Part shown: one piece after another, positions 50,527 to 61,269 of the stretch
Position numbering within the stretch: the first letter of the stretch is position 1
Layout of the letters: the number at the start of each line of letters is the position of its first letter
Source: Octopus sinensis
Taxonomy: Eukaryota
Length of the DNA stretch: 64,000 bases
NCBI RefSeq assembly: GCF_006345805.1
Contig: NC_043010.1
Coordinates: 17,050,001-17,114,000 of the forward strand
Reading direction: 5' to 3'
The notes under the pieces: model-generated
Database searches by the model: none
What the model saw: only the letters and a program-made list of their open reading frames with translations
Told to the model about the DNA's origin: nothing
Made by a program: the position numbers and the translations under genes

Positions 50527-51230
50527 AAGAAGAAGAAGAAGAAGAAGAAAAAGAAGAAGAAGAAGAAGAACAACAACAACAACAACAGCAAAAGTGACGA
50601 CGTCGAATGACGACAAAAAATCATTAAAATGATTTGCTATTTACCTGTGCTGTGTCAATCAATGCTTTCTGCACATGCATGCATTCATTGCAGGAGTTTG
50701 CAGGTATTCAGACGCACTGTGGTTGCTTGTGCGTGTTTCACCAACATCCTACAACAGTTGAACTGAGAAAAGAGACGAGTTTGATGTCTGCTGTGTTGGA
50801 AGAAAAAACACCAAAACAAAATGGCGGTAATATTTTCTTTAATAATTTCGTTCAATGTCGTATCGTCTGCTTTTCAATGAATTTTTACTCCGGTATTTAG
50901 TTAAAGGTGGACGCTAAAAAGAAATATATTAACTTAAGAGATGTGTGCTTCTGGGGGATTGAAGATAGTAATTGTGTATGTGTGTGTGAGTATGTGTGTG
51001 TGTGAGTGAGTGTGCGTGTGTGTGTGTGTCAGGAAGGGATGTGTGTATATTTGTGCGTGAATGCGCGCGTGTATTTGTCTATGTTTGCGCACTTATTTGT
51101 ATGTGTGTACTCGTCATTGCATATATATGTGTGTATGTGTGTGTGTGTGTATTTAACAGCATATCTGTGAATCTAAGTATATGTGTGTATATACATGTCA
51201 CTGTATATGCGTATGTATCTGTGTGTGTGT

Positions 51231-51277
<47 letters not shown>

Positions 51278-51589
51278 TCTGTATATGCTTATATGAGTAT
51301 GTGTGTATTTTCCATATGCAAATGCGCATTAATATTTATGGGGCTCCGTAAATACGACAGTTTATTTATGTGCGTTGTGAGGACTGCAGAATAGAAGTAA
51401 AGAGAAATATTTGGGGTTCGATTCCTACTTGTACTTCTTTTCATTCACATTTTTAACGTCCCACTAAAAACATAAACTTTATAACTTTGCAGCTTGTTGC
51501 CCTTTACCTCCTGAAAGACAATGCCATATCGTCGAACAAGTCAAGCAATTCAAGCAGTTATGTGTATATGTGGGAGGCTGAATTTATGT

Positions 51590-51936
51590 ATGTGCATGTA
51601 TGTATGTATATATGTATGTATGTGTGTATGTATATGTATGTATGTATGTATATGTATGTATGCATGCATGCATGCATGTATTTATGTATTTATGTATGTA
51701 TGCATGCATGTATGTATATGTGTGTATGCATGCATGCATGTATGTATTGTGTGTGTGTGTATGTATGTATGTGTGTATGTATGTATGCATGCATGTATGT
51801 ATGTATGTATGTATGCATGCATGCATGCATGTATGTATGTGTGTATGTATGTGTGTATGTATGTATGTATGTATATGTATGTATGTATCTATCTATCTGT
51901 CTATCTATCTATATGTGTGTGTATATATATATATAT

Positions 51937-51970
<34 letters not shown>

Positions 51971-51980
51971 ATATATATCA
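51590..51980. repeat. (TATG)n/(TGCA)n/(TA)n microsatellite field
   Basis: Read directly. Confidence 0.9.
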
Positions 51981-52215
51981 TCATCATCATCATCATCGTC
52001 GTTTAACGTCCGTTCTCCATGCTAGCATGGGTTGGACGGTTCGACCGGGGTTCTGGGAAGCCAGAAGGCTGCACCAGGCTCCAGTCTAATCTGGCAATGT
52101 TTCTACAGCTGGATGCCCTTCCTAACGCCAACCACTCCGTGAGTGTAGTGGGTGCTTTTTACGTGCCACCTGCACAGGTGCCAGGCGGGGCTGGCAACGG
52201 CCACGGTCAGATTGG
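51978..52215 (-). mobile_element. RTE-type 3' end or RTE-tailed SINE
   Basis: Reverse complement ends ccaacccatgctagcatggagaacggacgttaaacgacg(atg)n, a typical RTE-like tail; contains ggatgcccttcctaacgccaacc on the plus strand. Confidence 0.6.
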
Positions 52216-52230
52216 TGTATATATATATAT

Positions 52231-52443
52231 GTGGCCAAAAGTCACCCGACAGTGAATCAAATTTCCATAAATACTTAATATTCAATTTTTTTTTTCATTC
52301 GAATTATTAATATTTAATAGTTGAATGCTGTGAATTAAAATCACCGTTTATTATTGCTTTTCAACATTTTTCTATTTATTAGTGAAGTCTCATGTAAAAA
52401 AATATTTTGTTTTAATCTTGAAGTTAAATGGGGTTTGGCAACC

Positions 52444-52446
<3 letters not shown>
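52231..52446. mobile_element. Tc1/mariner-like MITE in TA context
   Basis: Left end gtggccaaaagtcaccc (first bases lost), right end ggggtttggcaaccctg, TA-flanked. Confidence 0.55.
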
Positions 52447-52479
<33 letters not shown>

Positions 52480-52644
52480 GGTTGCCAAAACCCTATATAT
52501 ATATATAAAATACAAAATGGGACAAGAACGCAAAACACTCAAACAGACGACACAAAAAACGGACGGGTCATTCGAAGCCTCTGATCTTCAGTCAAGAACC
52601 GGATCATCCTCGCAATTTCGGCTGATTATATATATATATATATC

Positions 52645-52736
<92 letters not shown>

Positions 52737-52795
52737 ATTATATATATATATATATATTATATGTATATATATATATATAGTATATATATATATGT

Positions 52796-52849
<54 letters not shown>

Positions 52850-52867
52850 ATATATATTATATATATA

Positions 52868-52899
<32 letters not shown>

Positions 52900-52924
52900 A
52901 TTATTCAAAACAGTTTGATTCAGA

Positions 52925-53010
52925 TTCCATGCTGCTTCATGTTTCGAAGGCCCTAGGGAACCTCTCTCGTCGGGCAGAGCTATGTTAGGGCCTTCGAAAC
53001 TTGAAGTGAC
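52925..53010 (-). mobile_element. Small fold-back with degenerate hammerhead
   Basis: ttcatgtttcgaaggcccta / tagggccttcgaaacttgaa inverted pair; minus strand ctgc-CCGACGA-gagagg..ccttc-GAAA-catgaa-gcag. Confidence 0.5.
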
Positions 53011-53174
53011 ATAGCATCCGAATAAAACTCTTTTGAATAATACATGTAACTCCCAATAAATGTATTGAGTGCCCTTTCTTTCGTTTCCCCGCTCACACAC
53101 ACACAGACACACACATATATATATATACATATATACATATATATATATATATATTGTGGAGAGAAGAGAGATGG

Positions 53175-53262
<88 letters not shown>

Positions 53263-53267
53263 CAGAC

Positions 53268-53355
<88 letters not shown>
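53175..53355. repeat. (GATA)n microsatellite
   Basis: Read directly. Confidence 0.95.
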
Positions 53356-53356
<1 letters not shown>

Positions 53357-53853
53357 CACACACACACATACACACTCACACCACACATATACATATGTAC
53401 ATATATACATAGAAAAAGAGAAGGATAGAGCTAGAGTCAGGAGTGGTCGTAAAGAGTTCACACCATCATGTCGTTTCATAGAAGTTCTTAGTGGATCCGA
53501 CTGCGTTGCAAGCATTCGGACCAGGCTTTCAAAGTGTACTCCACCTCCTCCCAATAGCGATGCTGAGACTCAGGTTGCCGTTCTCCCCTTTACCTTGACT
53601 AGAAGGTGAGATATGTCTACCATGATCGAATGCGCTCGAAACTGGCACCATTTTGTGTGACGGTTGTGTTTCGTTTCAGTTAGCCATCAAAGAGAGATCG
53701 ATGATCATGACCTGTGACTCAACACCACCACCACCACCACCACTACCACCATCCCTCTCGCGATCTATGAACTCTGACATTGATCTGAATATGTCTGCAA
53801 GGGAACATCGTCAGCAAGCACACTTGCGGGGAGTGGGTCTGTGGGGGGTAAAG

Positions 53854-54268
53854 GGATCTTGTCGGTTTGACTGGCAGTTTTTTCTAGCGGTGTCATATGA
53901 AATTGTCACTCATAATTATGACCCTAATATCGATCTATTGCATTTCAATCTGTTTTAGGGTTAGGGTTAGGGATGGGGGGAAGGGTATCTTTTTTTCTTC
54001 GCAAATGTAAATAAACCCAATCTGTTTCTTAAACGAGGGACATATTCATACGGCACAGAATGTTGTTTACCTCAATGGACGTCAGTGATTGGTTGAAATT
54101 GCAGAAATTGAAGAAAAAACAACAAATATCTTACAAACTATAGAATTTTCTCAATAAAGCCAAGAGTAAAAGATGTTTTATAAACACATTCTACCAGTAT
54201 ACGAAGTTTAAAATTTTTTAGTTACCTAGAAATTATGTTAAAAACTGCCGTTCAAACCGAAAAGATAC
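53854..54268 (+). mobile_element. GGATC MITE, full length
   Basis: Both TIRs present; TSD gggtaaag / gggtaagg (7/8). Confidence 0.9.
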
Positions 54269-55013
54269 GGGTAAGGAACTGAGTTTTACCCTAAACATTT
54301 GCTGCGAATGTAGTAATAGGTGTGGGATAGGCTTTAAGCGGACAGCGTGGTATGATGCCTCGGTATTTGATAAATGAACGATTGTTTATGTATATTATAA
54401 TTTAGAACAGATTTGGTTACTTCTTCTTGCGGGATAGCGACATGTCGATGAGCTCACTGCTTGGTCTAAATTATAGGAGTTGGCTGTGTTGTAAGTAGCT
54501 TGCTTACGAACGACATGGGTCCGGGTTCAGTGAACTTGTATTATTCAAATTGCCCGTCTTTTAATTATACCTGCTATATCGGAAAGCTACAATGGTTCCA
54601 TAACAATGGAATCCGAAACGATAGATGATGACTATCTTCCACCATTGTCAACGATTCCACAGCGAAGCAATTTTGGAGAAATTGGTATGGTGTGGCGGGG
54701 AGGGAATGGAAATTCCGTTCTGAGAATAAATCTGTATTTTTTTTTCTCTCGGACGAAGTGCCCATCCTGAAACGTCACATTCTTCTGCACCCAACTCTCT
54801 CCCATCACATATTAACTGGTGTGTGTGTGTGTGTTGTGTGTGTGTGTGTGAATTTGTATAAGTATGTAGTTTACTCTGTATGAACGTGTGAGTCCCTACA
54901 GACATATTCTAAACTCTATATTTTAATCTCCTGTGACCATACTGGAGCACTGATATATTTGTTATTGGCTAAATTATTTACTAATATGAATATATTGTAT
55001 ATATAATGTACAA

Positions 55014-55048
<35 letters not shown>

Positions 55049-55126
55049 GTATATATTATGCATATACTGTACATGTTGAGCAGCTGTGTTTACATATTGT
55101 TCTTGTATTATTTTACATTGTGTGTA

Positions 55127-55541
55127 AGGCGACGAGCTGGCAGAATCGTTAGCACACTGGGCGAAATGCTTAGCGGTATTTCGTCTGCCGTTACGTTGTG
55201 GGTTCAAATTCCGCCGAGGTCGACTTTGCCTTTCAACCTTTCGGAGTCGATTAAATAAGTACCAGTTACGCACTGGGGTCGATGTAATCGACTTAATCCC
55301 TTTGTCTGTCTTTGTTTGTCCCCTCTGTGTTTAGCCCCTTGTGGGTAATAAAGAAATAGGTATTTCGTCTGCCGTAACGTTGTGGCTTCAAATTCCGCCG
55401 AGGTCGACTTTGCCTTTCAACCTTTCGGGGTCGATTAAATAAGTACCAGTTACGCATTGTGGTCGATGTAATCGACTTAATCCCTTTGTCTGTTTTTGTT
55501 TGTCCCCTCTGTGTTTAGCCCCTTGTGGGTAGTAAAGAAAT
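55127..55541 (+). mobile_element. SINE family A, dimeric
   Basis: Second unit restarts with gtatttcg at 55360, after aaagaaatag. Confidence 0.9.
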
Positions 55542-55800
55542 TTATAAATCAAATAACCAATGCCCTTAGCATGTCCGCGAGAGAGTTGAGACTATTCTGC
55601 ACACGTTTTCTGACAACTGATCAAAAGTGCACCAGAGGCAAATCGAGCAGGATTCTAAATGTTAAAACAATGAAAGAATTTTTGTCTCTGCAACAGTCCA
55701 AAAAACAACTTGCAGTATATCTTATCTAATTTCTCTCTCCATGTATAATTCTTTTGTATTTGTTTGAATATTAAGCCTATTGCTATTGTACCATTTCAAA

Positions 55801-56149
55801 AGGCGGCGAGCTGGCAGAAACGTTAGCACGCCGGGCGAAATGCATAGCCGTATTTCGTCTGCCGTTACGGTGTGGGTTCAAATTCCGCTGAGGTCGACTT
55901 TGCCCGTCGATTAAATAAGTACCAGTTACGCACTGGGGTTCGATATAATCGACTTAATCCGTTTGTCTGTCCTTGTTTGTCCTCTCTGTGTTTAGCCCCT
56001 TGTGGGTAGTAAAGAAATAGGTATTTCGTCTGCCGCTACGTTTTGAGTTCAAATGCGTTTTACCCTTTCGGGGGTCAATGAAACAAGTACCAGTTGAGTA
56101 CTGGGGTCGATATAATCGACTAGATCCCTTCCCCCTAAATTTCAGGCCT
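55801..56149 (+). mobile_element. SINE family A, dimeric
   Basis: Second unit restarts with gtatttcg at 56021, after aaagaaatag. Confidence 0.88.
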
Positions 56150-56728
56150 GAAATTTAGGATCATTTTATGGAAAGGATTATTTTATAGTGTGTGTGTGTG
56201 TGTAAATATGTTGGTGCGTATATAGCAGAGTGTGTCTTGAAGTGTATAGATGCGTGTGATGTGTGAATGTATGTAAGTGTTGTATACACCCTGTTTGTGA
56301 GTTTTGTCCCGTGTCGTCGTTGTCGTTGTTTAGCCCCAAATAAGTCCTGATCGACCAGATCTATCTATGATTAAAAGATTTCCAGAAATGACCACCTCAG
56401 ATTGTGAACTTGTATTATTCAAATTGCCCTTCTTTTAATTAATGAAGGCAGGTTATGATTTAAGGAAGAGAGATTTAGTTGCTTTTTCTAGCGGGAGAAC
56501 GACAACCATGGCGATGAGCTCTAAATAGGGGGACTTATAATCCAAGCGTGACTATTCCGTTTATATTTCAAATAGTGACTCTTGAATTATGTTATCCATT
56601 ATCACTCTGCTTTTTAAAGACGGTAGGAGATTTGACTGCTATTTCTAGTAATTCGATTAAGCAGGCACATGCCTTCTCGTTGAGGTCCGCTGCAACTGAT
56701 GGTGTTGTTGGTTGTGTTGGTGATGATG

Positions 56729-57040
56729 GCATTTTTTCGGTTTGAACGGCAGTTTTTTCTAGCGGTCACATATGAAATTGTCACCCATAATTATGACCCT
56801 AGTATCGATCTATTGCATTTCATTCTCTTTTAGGGTTAGGGTTAGTTAGGGTTAGTTAGGGTTAGGGGTGGAGGGAAGGGTATCATTTTTTCTCCACAAA
56901 TGTAAATAAACCCAATCTGTTTCTTAAACGAGGGACATATTCATACGGCACAGAATGTTTTTTTACCTCAATGGACGTCATTGATTGGTTGAAATTGCAG
57001 AAATTGAAGAAAAAAACAACAAATATCTTACAAACTATAG
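56729..57040 (+). mobile_element. GGATC MITE, right-truncated copy
   Basis: ttttcggtttgaacggcagttttttctagcgg through caaactatag, then unrelated sequence. Confidence 0.88.
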
Positions 57041-57532
57041 TACTGATTAGCAACACACACATACACACACACACACACACACACATGCACGTACACACAC
57101 ATGCATCTATTTACACTTTGTACTGACTCACCGAAATTGGTTGCAGGAAAACCAGAGCTTCAGATGAAAACCACGCCAAGCATTGATTCCAACTTTGGTA
57201 ACTTCTGCCAGGAATATCAACACATCGCTTGATCAATACTCTGGCACCTACGCCACTGTGGAACCTACAAGAGTGTGACACAACGCTGTGACACCCAAAA
57301 CAGTGGAACAAGAAACGGTAAGAAATGAATTACTTGATTTTCTTCGTCTTCCATACCTTTTTCCTTTCATTCTTTCTATTTTCTTTCTTTTCTTCTTGTC
57401 GGCTTTCACCCCCTCCTCCGTCTCCCTCTCCCGCTCTTCTTTTTCTTCGTCTTCTTTCACTACGACTTGTCCTCTTTCTTTTCTTTTTCTTCTTCCTATT
57501 CTTTCACTTCTCCTCCTCCTACTCTCCTTCCG

Positions 57533-58235
57533 TTCACGTAACTCAGCGTGAGACGTTGTTTGCCGCAATGCACGCCACCACTTCTCTATTCATGGTTCTT
57601 ATCCACTTATCCAGGACTCCTATCCACTTATCCATGACTCCTATTCACCTATCCATGACTCCTATCTACCTATCCATGACTCCTATCCACCTATCCATGA
57701 CTTCTATCCACCTATCCATGACTCCTATCCACCTATCCATGACTCATATCCACCTATTAATGACTCCTATCCACCTATTCGTGATCCCTATCCACCTATC
57801 CATGACTCCTATCTACCTATCCATGACACCTATCCACCTATCCATGACTCCTATCCACCTATCCATGACTTCTATCCACCTATCCATGACTCCTATCCAC
57901 CTATCCATGACTCATATCCACCTACCCATGACTCCTATCCACCTATTCGTGATCCCTATCCATGACTCCTATCCACCTATTCGTGATCCCTATCCACCTA
58001 TCCATGACTCCTATCTACCTATCCATGACTCCTATCCACCTATCCATGACTCCTATCTACCTATCCATGACTCCTATCCACCTGTCCATGGCTCCTATCC
58101 ACATATTCGTGGTCCCTATCCACCTATCCATGACTCCTATCCACCTATCCATGACTCCTATCCACCTATTAATGACTCCTATCCACCTATCCATGTTCAT
58201 GGCCCCTATCAATCTATTCGTGGTCCTTATCCATG
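57533..58235. repeat. 21-bp minisatellite array 1 (ccatgactcctatccacctat) with 66-bp leader
   Basis: Roughly 30 units; the period matches the 7-aa MTPIHLS ORF repeat. Confidence 0.95.
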
Positions 58236-58670
58236 GTTAACGTCGGTAGTTTCACTAAATATAACATTATATTTGGCGATGCAACCATTAAAATGTTGAA
58301 CTTTCACAAAACTCACCCATAACAAAACTCTTCGGCTTGATTCTTTAGGGGTGGAGGAGGGGGTCGAAAGACTTGTGAGTGATATCTTTCATCTTCTACT
58401 TGCTTTCACTCATTTGACCGCAGCCATGCTGGGGCACCGCCTTGAAGAATTTTTTAGTCGAATGACTCCAAGCCGTTATCGGGTCCTTTTTTTTTTTTTT
58501 AAAAAAACTGGTAGTTATTCTAGCTGTCTCTTTTGCAGAATTGCTAAATTACAGGGACATAAACATACCAATACCGGATGTAAAAGCAGTGACCACACAC
58601 ACACATTTCTTTCCATATGTATCCCACATGGGTTTTATTTACATGTATTTTTATGTGTGTGTATATACAT

Positions 58671-58725
<55 letters not shown>

Positions 58726-58850
58726 TATATAATTATTCATATATGTCGATATGTATTAACATATATATATATACGCATTTTTAGTCGAATTTATAAATGT
58801 ATGAGGATGTATAAAACGTTGATTGCCTAATTTGCGCTTATATATATATA

Positions 58851-59209
58851 CGAGCAAAACGCCGCCCGCCCAATGGACGGTGTTGAGTTCTCAAACATTT
58901 AAATCAAATTTTCTCAAAACTACTTGTCCGACCGTCCCATAGGCCTCTCCCTTGAGCCTTGAGAAACACTGATTTAACCTAAATTTGAGACACCATCAAA
59001 AGATGGATTTCGATTGATGTACTTGCGCGTACAATGCACGTTCCCACGACTTTATCGATCGCATTCTCACCTGGAATCGATTTTTGTATTTTTTTCAAGA
59101 CTTATACACGCCCTGATACCGTCGGTATCTACATATAAAATTTGAGCGCAATCGGATAGAGGATACCCGAGATCCTAGAAGACACACACAGACACAATGG
59201 ATTTTATAT

Positions 59210-59213
<4 letters not shown>
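58851..59213 (-). mobile_element. Helitron-like non-autonomous element in (TA)n, copy 1
   Basis: Minus strand starts tgttatataaaatcc and ends with hairpin ccgtcc-att-gggcgg followed by gcggcgttttgCTCG|T (CTAG-like). It contains a 67-bp hAT-like mini-element at 58905-58971. Confidence 0.5.
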
Positions 59214-59261
<48 letters not shown>

Positions 59262-59397
59262 ATATACATATATATATAATTATTCATATATGTCGATATG
59301 TATTAACATATATATATATACGCATTTTTAGTCGAATTTATAAATGTATGAGGATGTATAAAACGTTGATTGCCTAATTTGCGCTTATATATATATA

Positions 59398-59756
59398 CGA
59401 GCAAAACGCCGCCCGCCCATGGACGGTGTTGAGTTCTCAAACATTTAAATCAAATTTTCTCAAAACTACTTGTCCGACCGTCCCATAGGCCTCTCCCTTG
59501 AGCCTTGAGAAACACTGATTTAACCTAAATTTGAGACACCATCAAAAGATGGATTTCGATTGATGTACTTGCGCGTACAAATGCACGTTCCCACGACTTT
59601 ATCGATCGCATTCTCACCTGGAATCGATTTTTGTATTTTTTTCAAGACTTATACACGCCCTGATACCGTCGGTATCTACATATAAAATTTGAGCGCAATC
59701 GGATAGAGGATACCCGAGATCCTAGAAGACACACACAGACACAATGGATTTTATAT

Positions 59757-59760
<4 letters not shown>
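59398..59760 (-). mobile_element. Helitron-like non-autonomous element, copy 2 (547-bp tandem duplication)
   Basis: Identical to copy 1 except for two 1-nt indels; about 120 bp of flank is duplicated with it. Confidence 0.5.
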
Positions 59761-59821
<61 letters not shown>

Positions 59822-59830
59822 GCATATATA

Positions 59831-59991
59831 CGACAGGCTTCTTTTAGTTTCCGTCTACCAAATCCATTCACAAGGCTTTGGTCGTCCCAACGCTATAGTA
59901 GAAGACACTTGCTCAAAGTTTCACGGAGTAGGATTGAACCCAGAACTATGTGGTTAGGAAGCAAGCGTCTTACCACACACCCACGCCTGCA
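59831..59991 (-). mobile_element. SINE family B, 5' half
   Basis: Reverse complement: gcaggcgtgggtgtgtggtaagacgcttgc...gagcaagtgtcttctactatagcg...ggtagacggaaact. Confidence 0.8.
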
Positions 59992-60049
59992 CTTACTGTT
60001 CTACATTCAGTTTTCTCGAAGAGTCTCCATTCAGCCTATTTGGACATAA

Positions 60050-60300
60050 AATATTATCGTCTGCAAAAAGCCACGACCCTGTAATAAACCTTTCGTTATT
60101 TATCTTTTGTAGAACATGAATTCCAAATACAAATTGGAATTTGATATTAGCTGCATCCCAATAAACGACTTGGGGTAGAATTCCGCCAGAGACAACTTTG
60201 GCATTAATTCCTCCGTAGCCTACTTTCTCTTGAATTACATCAGCATTAATTTGTACCAGTAATGAACTTGGGTCATTGAATCAATCGAGGAGGAATAATG
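60050..60300 (-). pseudogene. Very degraded non-LTR RT relic
   Basis: Minus strand LLD*FN...VQIN....KVVSG followed by WLFADDNIL. Confidence 0.35.
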
Positions 60301-60396
60301 ACTCGTGCCTAAATTTCAAAAAAGCACAACTGTTCTCCAAACTGCATCGGCAGCGGGCTGGCAGAAAAGTGGTAAGGATTGCTTTGTGATGTCTCT

Positions 60397-61001
60397 TTCA
60401 CGTAACTCAGCGTGAGACGTTGTTTGCCGCAATGCACGCCACCACTTCTCTATTCATGGTTCCTATCCACTTATCCATGACTCCTATCCACCTATCCATG
60501 ACTCCTATCCACCTATCCATGACTCCTATCCACCTATTCGGGATCCCTATCCACCTATCCATGACTCCTATCCACCTATCCATGACTCCTATCCACCTAT
60601 CCATGACTCCTATCCACCTATCCATGGCTCCTATCCACATATTCGTGGTCCTATCCACCTATCCATGACTCCTATCCACCTATCCATGACTCCTATCTAC
60701 CTATCCATGACTCCTATCTACCTATCCATGACTCCTATCCACCTATCCATGACTCCTATCCACCTATCCATGACTCCTATCTACCTATCCATGACTCCTA
60801 TCCACCTATCCATGACTCCTATCCACCTATTCGTGATCCCTATCCACCTATCCATGACTCCTATCCACCTATCCATGACTCCTATCCACCTATCCATGAC
60901 TCCTATCTACCTATCCATGACTCCTATCCACCTGTCCATGGCTCCTATCCACATATTCGTGGTCCCTATCCACCTATCCATGACTCCTATCCACCTATCC
61001 A
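60397..61001. repeat. 21-bp minisatellite array 2 with the same 66-bp leader
   Basis: Leader identical to 57533-57598; same unit and same variant units. Confidence 0.95.
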
Positions 61002-61269
61002 CTCTATCTGCTTTGCGTTCAAATCCCGTCAAAGTCATCTTAACCTTTTATTTATTTAAAAAAAATTTTTTTTTTTTCGAGATCGATAAAATTTAGAACC
61101 TGTGAAGGGCTGATGGCGATGGCGACGACAAACTCCCTCCTTGTGGCAATTCTTAGCCTTGAACCTGAATTAGAAACCCCTATATTATGAGGTACAACGG
61201 TAACGTTCTCAGCAAACAGAAGCTAGTTACGATTGGGGGACCAGTACGAGAAAAATAAAATCGAAAACT

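Noticed and set aside
2535-56880. TTAGGG tracts as telomere or fusion remnants
   Set aside because: They are short and almost all lie at a fixed position inside MITE copies.
57325-58299. 324-aa ORF with MTPIHLS and HDSYPPI repeats, resembling a repetitive structural protein
   Set aside because: It is made of a pyrimidine tract plus the 21-bp minisatellite; the array shifts frame internally and the second array gives a different ORF.
57599-61001. CRISPR-like appearance of the regular arrays
   Set aside because: The units are contiguous with no unique spacers, there are no cas genes, and the context is eukaryotic.
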